IMG/VR virus record: IMGVR_UViG_3300027749_000065
Coordinates: 34,811 to 98,810 of that record
Reading direction: 5' to 3' (one strand)
Source of the DNA: a virus
Length of the DNA: 64,000 nucleotides
In this document: positions 38,239 through 49,215 of the stretch, in pieces
How the letters are laid out: each line of letters begins with the position of its first letter
Position numbering within the stretch: position 1 is the first letter of the stretch
Notes under the pieces: model-generated
Database searches by the model: none
The model's input: the letters and a program-made list of their open reading frames with translations, nothing else
What the model was told of the DNA's origin: nothing
Position numbers and translations under genes: made by a program

Positions 38239-40071
38239 ATGAGTAAAAAAATTAGTTATAGTGTTCGTGATTTTGCCGGACTAAGACAAGAATTGGTAAC
38301 TTTAACCAAAGATTATTATCCCGATTTAGTAAAAAATACAAATGATGCATCGATTTATTCCGTATTATTAGATATTAACGCTGCAGTCGCAGATAATTTA
38401 CATTTTCATATTGATAGGGTTTGGCAAGAAACAATGTTAGACTTTGCACAACAAAGACAATCATTATTCCATATTGCAAAAACTTATGGAATTAGGTTAC
38501 CTGGTTCAAGACCATCCGTTGCATTATGTGATTTTTCAATAAATGTTCCTGTTAGAGGTGATAAAGATGATGAAAGATATGAAGGTATTTTAAAATCTGG
38601 AGCACAAGTTTCAGGTGGAGGTCAAGTTTTTGAGACAATAGATGATATTGACTTTTCAAGTCCATTTAATAATAGGGGAGAATCAAACCGTTTAAAGATA
38701 CCTAATTTTGATGCAAATAATAAATTAATATCATATACCATAACAAAGAGAGAACCTGTAGTAAATGGTACAACAAGAATATTTAGAAGAGTTATTAGTT
38801 CGGTAGATCAAAAACCATTTTTAAAATTATATTTACCTGAACAAAATGTTTTAGGTGTTACTTCGGTTATACATAAAGAAGGAACGACATATTCATCAAA
38901 TCCAACATCGTCAGAATTTTATTCATCTCAAAATAAGTGGTACGAAGTTAAAACAATGATACAAGATAAAGTATTTATACCTGATCCAACATCTGTTTCG
39001 GACAGACAAAATTTTAAATCAGGTATTTATCTTCCTGTTAATAATAAATTTGTTACAGAATATACACCAGAAGGATATTTTTCATTAACGTTTGGTTCTG
39101 GTAGTGTTGACCCATTGTCTAATTTAGATGATTATATGAATGGAAATATGAGAGTTTCCTTGGGTTCATATTTAAATAATCTATCTTTAGGTTCGACACC
39201 AAAGATAAACACCACATTATTTGTTAAATATAGAATTGGTGGTGGTAAAGACTCTAATTTGGGTGTGGATGTCATAACAAGTGTTGATACTGTTGAATTT
39301 AATGTACAAGGTCCTGTTGGGTCGATAAATAATCAGGTGATTCAATCATTAAATGTGACAAATGTTACACCAGCAGTAGGTGGTGCAGACCAACCAACTG
39401 TTGAAGAAATTAGAAATATGGTTTCATTTAACTTTGCAGCACAAGATAGAGCGGTAACATTAAATGATTACAAATCGTTGATTGAAACTATGCCTTCAAC
39501 GTTTGGTGCACCTGCAAAGGTTAATGTTATGGAAGAAGATAATAAAATAAAAATTAAATTATTATCTTATGATTATCAGGGTAATTTAACAGATATAGTT
39601 TCAAATACATTAAAAAATAATATTTTATCATATCTTTCTGAATATAGAATGATAAATGATTATTTGGATATTGTAAGTGGTGAGGTTATTGATTTAGGAT
39701 TACAAATTGATTTACTTATAGATAAAAATTCAAGTCAGACGGATATTGTTAAAACAACCATACAAGACTGTATTACTTACTTTGATATTTCAAAAAGAAA
39801 AATGGGTGACCCATTATTTATCGGTGATTTAATGAAAATTATTGGTAGTGTTAATGGTGTAATAAATGTTGTAGATATTAGAGTTTATAATTTAAACGGT
39901 GGACAATATTCATCATCACAAGTTGCACAATCATTTGTAGATAGAACTACTCAAGAAATTCAACAATCAGATATGACGGTATTTATGAAATCAAATCAAA
40001 TTTATCAAATAAGATTTCCAAATACCGATATTATGGTAAGATTAAAAACTTTAGGAACGACTACATATTAA
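38239..40071 (+). CDS. Baseplate wedge protein (gp6/baseplate J-like)
   Basis: RDF..LR, YRIGGG..SN, GGAD..T.EEIR, QDRAVTLNDY. Confidence 0.9.
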   Translation: MSKKISYSVRDFAGLRQELVTLTKDYYPDLVKNTNDASIYSVLLDINAAVADNLHFHIDRVWQETMLDFAQQRQSLFHIAKTYGIRLPGSRPSVALCDFSINVPVRGDKDDERYEGILKSGAQVSGGGQVFETIDDIDFSSPFNNRGESNRLKIPNFDANNKLISYTITKREPVVNGTTRIFRRVISSVDQKPFLKLYLPEQNVLGVTSVIHKEGTTYSSNPTSSEFYSSQNKWYEVKTMIQDKVFIPDPTSVSDRQNFKSGIYLPVNNKFVTEYTPEGYFSLTFGSGSVDPLSNLDDYMNGNMRVSLGSYLNNLSLGSTPKINTTLFVKYRIGGGKDSNLGVDVITSVDTVEFNVQGPVGSINNQVIQSLNVTNVTPAVGGADQPTVEEIRNMVSFNFAAQDRAVTLNDYKSLIETMPSTFGAPAKVNVMEEDNKIKIKLLSYDYQGNLTDIVSNTLKNNILSYLSEYRMINDYLDIVSGEVIDLGLQIDLLIDKNSSQTDIVKTTIQDCITYFDISKRKMGDPLFIGDLMKIIGSVNGVINVVDIRVYNLNGGQYSSSQVAQSFVDRTTQEIQQSDMTVFMKSNQIYQIRFPNTDIMVRLKTLGTTTY

Positions 40072-40127
40072 TTTTAAAATTATTTATATTAATATAAGAA
40101 AATATATTTTTTTCTATTTATATAAAT

Positions 40128-43100
40128 ATGGAATTACAAAAACATAGAATCGCAACCAATATTGGTGTAGATCAAAATATTACATTTGAACTAAAACAAA
40201 ATTATGATTTATTAGAAATATTAAGTATAAAAATAAGTCAAACAGATATTTATCGTTCATTTTGTAGTGATTATGGGGTTGTGTGTGGTAGAATTACCGC
40301 TAATAATGGATTTGGTATCCCAAATTGTCGAGTTTCAATTTTTGTACCAATTAAAGATATTGATACAACAGATCCAGTAATATCCGCATTATATCCTTAC
40401 ACTTCTGTTGAGGATAGGAATGAAAATAACTATCGTTATAATCTTTTACCTGCTAGAAAACAACACGGTGGACATAAACCAACTGGTACATTCCCTGACC
40501 AAGAAGACATATTAACAAGAGAAGAAGTTTTACAAGTATATCACGATTATTATAATTTCACAGTAAAAACAAATGATGCTGGTGATTTTATGATTTGGGG
40601 TGTCCCTTTAGGACAACAAACCATTCATGTGGATATTGATTTATCTGATATGGGTTGTTTTTCAATTAGACCATATGATTTCATAAGACATGGTGTGGCG
40701 GAAGACAGGTTTGATAGGTTTTATAAATTTAAATCAGATACGGATATAGATGGTCTACCACAAATAGTTAAATTTAATAAAACAATACAAGTTGTTCCAT
40801 TTTGGGGTAATAAAGATATATGTCAACTTGGTATCACTAGAGTGGATTTTGATTTATCTGAAAAAGGTATAAAAATAGAACCAATATCATTATTTTTATT
40901 ATCAACCGTAACAGATGATAATGGAGATGCAGTTAAAAGATCTGGTGTTATTAGGAAAAAAACAGGATATAAATGTAATCTAAAAACAAGAAAAGGACAA
41001 GTAGAGGGAGTAAGATTTAAAACGTCTAAAGTAATTGGTTCTGATGGTGTTTCTGAATACCCTGAATTAGAATATTTTGAACCTGGTGTGATTGATGAAG
41101 ATGGTAGTGCAATGTTAGTTATCCCAATGAATATGGAGTACACATACACCAATGAATTTGGTGAACAAGACATCACAAACGATCCAAACAAAGGTATTGC
41201 AACTACTACAACTGCAAGATTTAGAGTTGGTTTAGATGTTGGTAATGTGTCAACATTTAAAGGAACTGAATCGGCATATTATTTAATACCAAATATTCGT
41301 GAATTTAATTTAGATCCAAAAGGTTATAATGATTATGGTGAATATAACGAGACTATGTTATCATCATACGTGTTTTCCGATGTATTTGAGGATTATTTTA
41401 GAGTACCAACACCTACAGGTTCAACGTTATCATTAATGACAAATGAACAAAGAAATCATAAAATGGATTTAATGTTGGGTGTAAATAATGATGACATACC
41501 GGAAGACACATTTTATAAATTTATATATGGTAAGGTTTATACACCATCATCTTTTCAAGGTACGCACTATGAGGTTTCAACAATAGAATCTTTTTTTGGG
41601 TTATCAAGACGGGATGCATTTTTGGGGATTAAGGAAATTCGACCAAATGCAGAAGACGACTGTTCCGGTAGTGCGAATTATTTCCCAACAAATTATGGGT
41701 TTAAAAATAGAATAAAATTTGGGTTATTAATAACCCAAATTTTATTATTTCTTCAATTTATTTTTGCAGTTATTTTTATTAAAATCTTTGAATTTTTAGG
41801 TAGAATATTTAGGTCTATTGGACAATCTTTATATGACGTATATTTTGGGTGGCCGTTTAATTGGAGACCTTTTTGTAGAATTGGTGAGAATTTTATGAAT
41901 ACTGCGTATGTTCTACAAGATAGGGGAACTAAACAGTTACCATTAACTGTTTATCCTGAATGTGAGGAATGTACTAGTGATACTGGTTCAGATAATAACA
42001 ATCAAAATACTAATGATAATTTTTGTTGTATTGGTGAAGTAAAGTGTAAAGTCTTTGGAGTCGGAGTCGATACAGTCACTGGTTATGGTGATAAAGTCAT
42101 GTTAATCCCTTTTGAAATTAGAACAGGTACAACAACTGGTAGTACATTTCTTAGCGGTATGACATTAAACGAAACAAGTTCTAGAAGTTTTTCATATACT
42201 GGAAATACAACGTACACACCACAAAATTTAGACATAAATTCATTACAACAATTACATGACTCCTCACATTTATTAGACCCAACTTTAATACCAGAGGGAG
42301 ACTATAACAATTCTCGTTTTTATGCACATATTTATCCAATTATTGATGATAATATATTACCATACAGTGCAACTACAAAACCACAAACTGGTATTGTTAA
42401 ATCAAGTACTTTTGCTGATAGTATTGTTTATTTTAATTATAATGGAGCAGCAGTTGAAATTAATAGTTTAATTTCGTTTGGTTCAAATATTCAAGATTAT
42501 CCTAGTTTAAATATATTAGGTTTTCATATTGATGGAACAAATAATTGGTTTAATAACGAATCGTACCCCAATTATTATAATAGCGTTACTAATCAAAATG
42601 TTTTGGCAAATATATTTGACGTATATGGTCATCATTTAAATACCAATAATAAAACTGACTGGATTTCTGCGAATTACACTTATGAAGAATTTACTAATAA
42701 TTTTGGTTTAAATTATGATAATTATGGTCAAAAAAGGTCAGGATCGAGTCAAGAAGACGGACGTTATAATGGTGCAGGTGTTGTTCGTGATCTTGGTTTA
42801 TATGCGGTTTTAAGAATATATGATAGGGCGGCACCTTTAACAGAAAAATCAACGTCTGGAAATACTTTGTCAATTGAGACCGGATGTGAAAAATATGATA
42901 AATTATATAATGAAACAACATCATTAGCATATTTATGGGCAAATAGTAATGTTACATATGGTAACCCATATTTACCTCATAACCCAGATACCGGATTTGA
43001 CCCTAACTCAATATACCACATTAACGGTTTTGTAATAAGTAAAACAAAACCAAGTGGATCTTCATACTCTGGTTATACTATTATGGCAGATATCTCTGCG

Positions 43101-44726
43101 AGTGAAAATACTGATAGGTTACCAAGATATTCTCCTTGGGGTTGTATCAGTAGTTCATATTTTGATAGAAAAACAAAAACAGGTTTATCGGAAGTAAGGG
43201 ATGGGGTTTTTACATGTATTCCTGTTATTAAAGGAAAATCAAATAATTTCGATTTTTTATTAGAATGGTATCGTAGGAAAAGAGTACATTCATTTTTTTG
43301 TGGTGGGGTATTAAATTATTCTTATATTGATAATTGGTTAAACGGTTTATTATATATGTTTAAATTTGATTTTAGAATCAAATGGGATAATCAAGCAATA
43401 TATGATTTAAACCAAAGAGGGTCAAAATTTCCGAGGGAGTTATTATTTTATGATGTATACCAACAAAAATTTTATTACAGAAGTACACCTTATAATCCTA
43501 ATACTAAAACATTTACGGGTCAATGGGATAGCGGTGGTTTTAAAGGTTTAATAAGACCTACAACAGTATATGATGTTGGTGTTAGAGACGAATTTTTATA
43601 TGAAATTTGTTATGACCCAAGAGTTGACCCATCGTGTTCTGTTATTAGAGATATTGGGTCAACATCATATCAAGATCCTGCAAATATACTTGAACATGTC
43701 ATTGATTATAGAATGGATGTTAGTGGAGCAAAAACAAATGTTGAAGATTTTTTTAGTAAATCACAATGGGGTCCGTCTGACCCAAATTTACTTGTGTCAT
43801 TAGTGGGCGTTGGTGTTGCTGGACTTGCAGCACCTGCAGTTACAACTTTATTAAATAATTCTAAAGTTTTGGATGGTGATATTACTCAATTAATGTCAAT
43901 TAATAATGAGGTAGGAATTGAAGCGTTTGATTTAGATGTACCACATTATTTTAATTATAATAATGAATTTATGGATCCAGAAAACACAATGTATAGTGGT
44001 TATTTTGGGAATACAGGTTTAACAGGTCAATGGGGTCCAACACCAATTGATTTTAAATTAGATGCCGATGGTAGATTTGTAAGATTATGTTTAAATAATA
44101 GACTAGGTGATTACACACAAAAAGTACCATTTTATTTATGGGAAAAATATGGTGATGGTTTTGGTGCATCAGGTGGTTTAAGTGACCAACAAACATTTTT
44201 AAAAAACCCATCTACAATTGCATCAATGAAACTTCAAAGAATATTTTCAATTGGAAGTGAAACAGGAACAACAACTAACTACGTAATGGCAGATGGTGAG
44301 GAAGAATATATGTTAAAACCAATTACAAAAGATCATGACACTTTTAAATGGCCAGGTAATTATGGTAGTTCAATCGAAAGATTTGAATATATAAAATATA
44401 GTGGAACACCCAATTTATATTTTGGTGCAGCAAGTGGTGAAACAGAAGGTGATTTATGGTTAAATATTACTGGAGGGTCTTTTAATAGTGTAGGAGGTCC
44501 ATCAGGAACAACATATGTCGTGGTTAATAAAACATGGACACCAATGGGTTATTATGATAAAAATAATCAAATATTTTTACCACAAACTGTTAATAATTAC
44601 ACAGGAACAAAACAAGTTTTATCAACCGGGTTTCATTTTTATTTTGGATTAAGACCTGGACAAACATCATATAATAAACTAATAAAATATTATGGTCCTA
44701 AAGGAGCATTTCCACCAGCAGAGTAA
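40128..44726 (+). CDS. Large baseplate-associated protein with hydrophobic segments
   Basis: 1532 aa. N-terminal GVVCGRI...KTNDAGDF beta-sandwich-like motif; hydrophobic FGLLITQILLFLQFIFAVIFI segment. Confidence 0.5.
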   Translation: MELQKHRIATNIGVDQNITFELKQNYDLLEILSIKISQTDIYRSFCSDYGVVCGRITANNGFGIPNCRVSIFVPIKDIDTTDPVISALYPYTSVEDRNENNYRYNLLPARKQHGGHKPTGTFPDQEDILTREEVLQVYHDYYNFTVKTNDAGDFMIWGVPLGQQTIHVDIDLSDMGCFSIRPYDFIRHGVAEDRFDRFYKFKSDTDIDGLPQIVKFNKTIQVVPFWGNKDICQLGITRVDFDLSEKGIKIEPISLFLLSTVTDDNGDAVKRSGVIRKKTGYKCNLKTRKGQVEGVRFKTSKVIGSDGVSEYPELEYFEPGVIDEDGSAMLVIPMNMEYTYTNEFGEQDITNDPNKGIATTTTARFRVGLDVGNVSTFKGTESAYYLIPNIREFNLDPKGYNDYGEYNETMLSSYVFSDVFEDYFRVPTPTGSTLSLMTNEQRNHKMDLMLGVNNDDIPEDTFYKFIYGKVYTPSSFQGTHYEVSTIESFFGLSRRDAFLGIKEIRPNAEDDCSGSANYFPTNYGFKNRIKFGLLITQILLFLQFIFAVIFIKIFEFLGRIFRSIGQSLYDVYFGWPFNWRPFCRIGENFMNTAYVLQDRGTKQLPLTVYPECEECTSDTGSDNNNQNTNDNFCCIGEVKCKVFGVGVDTVTGYGDKVMLIPFEIRTGTTTGSTFLSGMTLNETSSRSFSYTGNTTYTPQNLDINSLQQLHDSSHLLDPTLIPEGDYNNSRFYAHIYPIIDDNILPYSATTKPQTGIVKSSTFADSIVYFNYNGAAVEINSLISFGSNIQDYPSLNILGFHIDGTNNWFNNESYPNYYNSVTNQNVLANIFDVYGHHLNTNNKTDWISANYTYEEFTNNFGLNYDNYGQKRSGSSQEDGRYNGAGVVRDLGLYAVLRIYDRAAPLTEKSTSGNTLSIETGCEKYDKLYNETTSLAYLWANSNVTYGNPYLPHNPDTGFDPNSIYHINGFVISKTKPSGSSYSGYTIMADISASENTDRLPRYSPWGCISSSYFDRKTKTGLSEVRDGVFTCIPVIKGKSNNFDFLLEWYRRKRVHSFFCGGVLNYSYIDNWLNGLLYMFKFDFRIKWDNQAIYDLNQRGSKFPRELLFYDVYQQKFYYRSTPYNPNTKTFTGQWDSGGFKGLIRPTTVYDVGVRDEFLYEICYDPRVDPSCSVIRDIGSTSYQDPANILEHVIDYRMDVSGAKTNVEDFFSKSQWGPSDPNLLVSLVGVGVAGLAAPAVTTLLNNSKVLDGDITQLMSINNEVGIEAFDLDVPHYFNYNNEFMDPENTMYSGYFGNTGLTGQWGPTPIDFKLDADGRFVRLCLNNRLGDYTQKVPFYLWEKYGDGFGASGGLSDQQTFLKNPSTIASMKLQRIFSIGSETGTTTNYVMADGEEEYMLKPITKDHDTFKWPGNYGSSIERFEYIKYSGTPNLYFGAASGETEGDLWLNITGGSFNSVGGPSGTTYVVVNKTWTPMGYYDKNNQIFLPQTVNNYTGTKQVLSTGFHFYFGLRPGQTSYNKLIKYYGPKGAFPPAE

Positions 44727-46528
44727 TGGAAAATAAAAGAATATTATTACCTACTAAAAGGTATTTTAAAGCCGAAGAACAAGATATTAATCTAAGAATT
44801 AACTTAGAAAAAGAAGAAATATTACTTAGAGAAGGTGATATGGACATTTCATTAAATTTAGGAGATTTATTTGAAAAAGAAAGAAACCAATGTAATAACT
44901 ATAAAATTTATGGAAAAATTAAAATGATTTTTCGTAATATGTATAGCGGAAATACAGAATATCTTTATCTTAAAAATAGACTTTATTTATTGACTAATGG
45001 GGCAATAAAAGGTGATTGGTCGGGTTATCTACCATATGATGAATTCGCATTTTTAAGAAGGGATTTATTAAGGGAACAAAACTTACCTGGTTCAGGAAGT
45101 ACATTGGGGACTTTCACTCCAAATATAAATTTAACATCTGGTGATATCGGACATACAATTGTAACACCCATAACAGCACCATATCAGAATTGGAATTTAT
45201 ATATGACATATGTATACTCTGCGGACACACAATTTTCAATGGGTTATAGTTTATCTGGTGGTACTGACTTCAATTTTGTCTCAGGTGATGGAATCCCATT
45301 TAGAGTTTATGATAATGGTAATAGTTACACATTTATCAGTCCTGTTGAACACAATATTAATATTGGCGAATATCTTATAATATCAGGTGGGACATTAAAT
45401 TATAGTGTTCCTATATCAGGAAGGACTTTTTATGTTGATGATATAGGTAATGAAACATATAATTCTAAAAAACATGTTATTAATATATTAAAAAATCAAT
45501 TTTCATCTGGTACAACAATAGGTAATGTTATATTAGGTAAGAGATGTGTAAATATTGACGATATTGATGGAACTACATCACAATATTATGTACATAAACT
45601 TAAAACATTAACAGATATTAATGGATATATAATGGATAAAGTTGGATTTGAAAGTCCAATTTTTGAGGAAGAAAAAAAAGTTTTATTTGAAAATTATAAT
45701 GGTGATAATGATGTAATTGTTGAAAGAAACAGGATGGAATCAGTTCTTTTTGATTTTAAACAAAATTTAACTTTAACTGGTTTAACAAATAATTTAGGAT
45801 TAACACCAACTGAAGTTTATGTAACAACAATTTTTAGAAATGGTAATGGTTATTTTGATTATCCACCAAAAGTAGGTTTTAAATTTAATTTTCATGACAG
45901 TTGGGTTGATACACATTTTAGTGGTTCGTCATCAAATGAAACCGCATTAACAAGTATCGATTTTACAGGTAATACTAATGAATATGGTTACACTGGATAT
46001 ACTTTTAAAAGTGGGGTTACATTACCTGTTGGTACTATTTTAACAGGTTCATTTATGGAATATAATATATCAGAATTAAAAGAAAGAGTAATATCTGAAA
46101 CTTTTCATAAGATGACAATACCAAAAAACATTTTTGATTATAATCAAGATAACCCTATAGTATATTCAGGATCATCAAGTGAAAATAAATTTGGATTATA
46201 TTATCAACCACATTATAGAGTAAAACTAAGACAAGAATCACCATATATTGAAACTTCTGACACCAATAATATTTATGGGTTACCAGAGAATACAAAATAT
46301 TTTGAAAAAGATGGTTTATGGAAGTGGAGAGATTTATACGATCATGGTTATATAGATGAAGATGGTGATGGAACAGATTTTCCATTTGTTAATAATTGTC
46401 ATGCGGTTAAAGTAGATATAAATTTCTATTTAAGAAATGAAAAATATTATATTAATAAAAAAGATGGTATTATTGATTTTTATGATACAACATCAAATCC
46501 TAATTCAAACAAAAATATTATTTGTTAA
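44726..46528 (+). CDS. Putative virion structural protein
   Basis: 600 aa in the baseplate operon; stop/start overlap with the upstream gene. Confidence 0.55.
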   Translation: MENKRILLPTKRYFKAEEQDINLRINLEKEEILLREGDMDISLNLGDLFEKERNQCNNYKIYGKIKMIFRNMYSGNTEYLYLKNRLYLLTNGAIKGDWSGYLPYDEFAFLRRDLLREQNLPGSGSTLGTFTPNINLTSGDIGHTIVTPITAPYQNWNLYMTYVYSADTQFSMGYSLSGGTDFNFVSGDGIPFRVYDNGNSYTFISPVEHNINIGEYLIISGGTLNYSVPISGRTFYVDDIGNETYNSKKHVINILKNQFSSGTTIGNVILGKRCVNIDDIDGTTSQYYVHKLKTLTDINGYIMDKVGFESPIFEEEKKVLFENYNGDNDVIVERNRMESVLFDFKQNLTLTGLTNNLGLTPTEVYVTTIFRNGNGYFDYPPKVGFKFNFHDSWVDTHFSGSSSNETALTSIDFTGNTNEYGYTGYTFKSGVTLPVGTILTGSFMEYNISELKERVISETFHKMTIPKNIFDYNQDNPIVYSGSSSENKFGLYYQPHYRVKLRQESPYIETSDTNNIYGLPENTKYFEKDGLWKWRDLYDHGYIDEDGDGTDFPFVNNCHAVKVDINFYLRNEKYYINKKDGIIDFYDTTSNPNSNKNIIC

Positions 46529-47325
46529 TGGAAATTTTACAAACAAAACAAAATTTAAACTTAGTTTTAAATGGTGAACAACATTTCAAAACAGATGCGG
46601 GTTGGCAAGAAAATTTAATAGATTTTGAAACAGAAATATTAAGTGATATTATAAACCCAATAGATAATTATGAAACTATTAGATATATACATAAACCATA
46701 TGTATCCACAAATAATGTAAACCAAACAGATATTTGGTTCTATTTTTATTTCTTAGATAGTGGTGCAACATACAATAATGGTTTAGATTATAGTTTAGTT
46801 GGTATTTCTCCAAAAGATAATATGTTAATGTTAAAACATACAAGTAAAAGTTTTTTTAGGTTGGAATTTTTTAAAACCCCAAATGATGAAGCTCCTGATA
46901 GAAATAATCGTAAACTAGTAATGTCAAGAAATTTATCATTGCCATTAGGTGAAAAATACTTTTATACTGGTATTAAACATAATATTTTTTTACCAGTATT
47001 TACGGGTAGTAACTATAGAAATAAGGAGAATATGTATTTATTTTGGTTCATGGATGATAGTGCATTAACACCAAAAACATTAACCGGAAATACTTTTTGG
47101 ATGACAGGTAAATTTTTTAATGCTATTGACGGTACTAAAATGGATTTCACAACAACTGGTTTAACATATGGTCAAGAAGTGGTGGAAACAAGAGATATGT
47201 ACTATAAAATGGTTATAGATAGGACAGATTATTCATATCAAATTTTTAGATATAATGGAACAACAACAGGAGATAGGATAGGTGAATCAAATGACCCAAT
47301 TAAATTTTATGAAAAACGACAATAA
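46528..47325 (+). CDS. Putative virion structural protein
   Basis: Probable ATG at 46528 (TAATG coupling) rather than TTG at 46522. Confidence 0.55.
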   Translation: MEILQTKQNLNLVLNGEQHFKTDAGWQENLIDFETEILSDIINPIDNYETIRYIHKPYVSTNNVNQTDIWFYFYFLDSGATYNNGLDYSLVGISPKDNMLMLKHTSKSFFRLEFFKTPNDEAPDRNNRKLVMSRNLSLPLGEKYFYTGIKHNIFLPVFTGSNYRNKENMYLFWFMDDSALTPKTLTGNTFWMTGKFFNAIDGTKMDFTTTGLTYGQEVVETRDMYYKMVIDRTDYSYQIFRYNGTTTGDRIGESNDPIKFYEKRQ

Positions 47326-48245
47326 TGGAAAATAAATACCAAATATTACATAATACAGGTATAACATCTTATCAAATACCAATTTATTTAGAATCAACCG
47401 TGGATGAAATGGGAGTTATGGTTGGATTTGATGGGGATTTAATGCAAGTGGAACAATTATGTAATTTCTCATATACTCAAACGGGTTCAACAATACAAGT
47501 TTATAATACAGTAGATTCTTCACAATTAAGACATATTGTTGATCAGGTATTCACAATAGATTGGGGAGATGGTAATTTATCTGGAATTACGGTTAGTCAA
47601 AACGTAAATCAAAATTTACCAACATTAACACATACATATAGTACACCTTCTGATTACACCGTATCTATTTTATTAAATTCTCCTTGGAATTCACAAACAT
47701 TAAGTAAAAATATAAAAGTACCTAAAAATATATCTATTATAAATCCATTAGGTACTTTTAGTGGGTTCACAATCCCATATACTGATATAACAGGACAAAC
47801 ACAGGACTATATTAATAATTTAGACTATACAAATCACACCGGATTTACTACATTCTCATTTGCAGCGTTAGGTAGAAGTAGAATTAGTGAAAAGAAATTA
47901 TATGGAAGTAACACATACAATGGTGTAACAGGCGGTACTACTGTTGATGGTATTATTTATAGTTCATACACTATTGATTATTTAACATATACTGATTATG
48001 CGGATGGGATAACTTCAATTACAGGAAAAACAAATGATTTTCAGAAAGAAGAGTTGTTTAATCAAATGTTAACAAGAAATGAACATTTTATTGGATTTAT
48101 TGATGATCCAGTAGTTTATTCTGATATATTTGTGGAAAGAGGTAAATTAGGTATTATGGAAAATAATTTAAGATTAGGAGAGATTGATAATACTGGTGAG
48201 TTGGAAATTTATGGGGATAAATTTTTTAATATTAAAAAACAATAA
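47325..48245 (+). CDS. Virion protein with PKD-like domain
   Basis: IDWGDG...HTYSTPSDYTV. Confidence 0.6.
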   Translation: MENKYQILHNTGITSYQIPIYLESTVDEMGVMVGFDGDLMQVEQLCNFSYTQTGSTIQVYNTVDSSQLRHIVDQVFTIDWGDGNLSGITVSQNVNQNLPTLTHTYSTPSDYTVSILLNSPWNSQTLSKNIKVPKNISIINPLGTFSGFTIPYTDITGQTQDYINNLDYTNHTGFTTFSFAALGRSRISEKKLYGSNTYNGVTGGTTVDGIIYSSYTIDYLTYTDYADGITSITGKTNDFQKEELFNQMLTRNEHFIGFIDDPVVYSDIFVERGKLGIMENNLRLGEIDNTGELEIYGDKFFNIKKQ

Positions 48246-48294
48246 AATTTATATTTATAAAAAGAGATAAATAATTAATTAAAAAAATAAAAAA

Positions 48295-49215
48295 ATGGCG
48301 ATAGGATCGTATGGAATTATAAGACCCTCAGATATTTCACCCTCAGATGTGGATATATTTTATCATTATACATCAAATAGGGTTGCAACATCTGCGGTTA
48401 CATTAAAAAAATTAACATCATCTGATATTTTAACACCAGTATATCATAATTCAAATACAACGGATAATGTGAATGCACAAAATGTGGAAGTATTGGGTGG
48501 GTTATATAATTTAAAATTAAATTCATCTGATTTTGGTGAATTGGGTATTTATACATTACATATTAGACCAAAACAAATAAGAACAAGTATTACTGATTGT
48601 GGTATCTTAGCTTCATTACCTTCTGTTAGGGGATTAATTATTGATTTAAGTACCGTACCGACAGAAGATAGAAATAAATTTACACCACAAGGTTTAGTTG
48701 GTTATAGAATTGAATATTTGGATACAACAACAAATAAAAAAATACCTAATTTCTATAAAATAGTTACTTCTTCTTTTTATTGCACACCAATTGCATCAAA
48801 TTTAACAAACACAAATCAAAAGGCAATTAGATATCAGTATAGTGAAAATGCATCAAACTTAATGTTTCTAACAATAACACCATCATCTGCACCATCTAAT
48901 AAACCAAATACCGTTCCATTTATTGGTCAACCATCTCAAAAAATTATTTTAACAAATACATACGTTAATCCAACAACATTGGAAGTTGAAATGGTCGAAT
49001 ATGATACAAGTACATTGGCAAATGCGTTATATGGTAATCAAACTAAAGCAATTACTCCAGGTATATATACGATTTACGATAAGGATAATAATATCTATAA
49101 ACAATATAATTTATATGAAATTAAAGATACCTTTAATGAGACATTATATGAAGTTAGAGAAGAAAGAGCAACAATTGATGAAACCCTAAACTTTAACACT
49201 ATTACAAATGTATAA
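48295..49215 (+). CDS. Putative baseplate structural protein
   Basis: 306 aa, preceded by TATTTAT, within the baseplate cluster. Confidence 0.55.
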   Translation: MAIGSYGIIRPSDISPSDVDIFYHYTSNRVATSAVTLKKLTSSDILTPVYHNSNTTDNVNAQNVEVLGGLYNLKLNSSDFGELGIYTLHIRPKQIRTSITDCGILASLPSVRGLIIDLSTVPTEDRNKFTPQGLVGYRIEYLDTTTNKKIPNFYKIVTSSFYCTPIASNLTNTNQKAIRYQYSENASNLMFLTITPSSAPSNKPNTVPFIGQPSQKIILTNTYVNPTTLEVEMVEYDTSTLANALYGNQTKAITPGIYTIYDKDNNIYKQYNLYEIKDTFNETLYEVREERATIDETLNFNTITNV

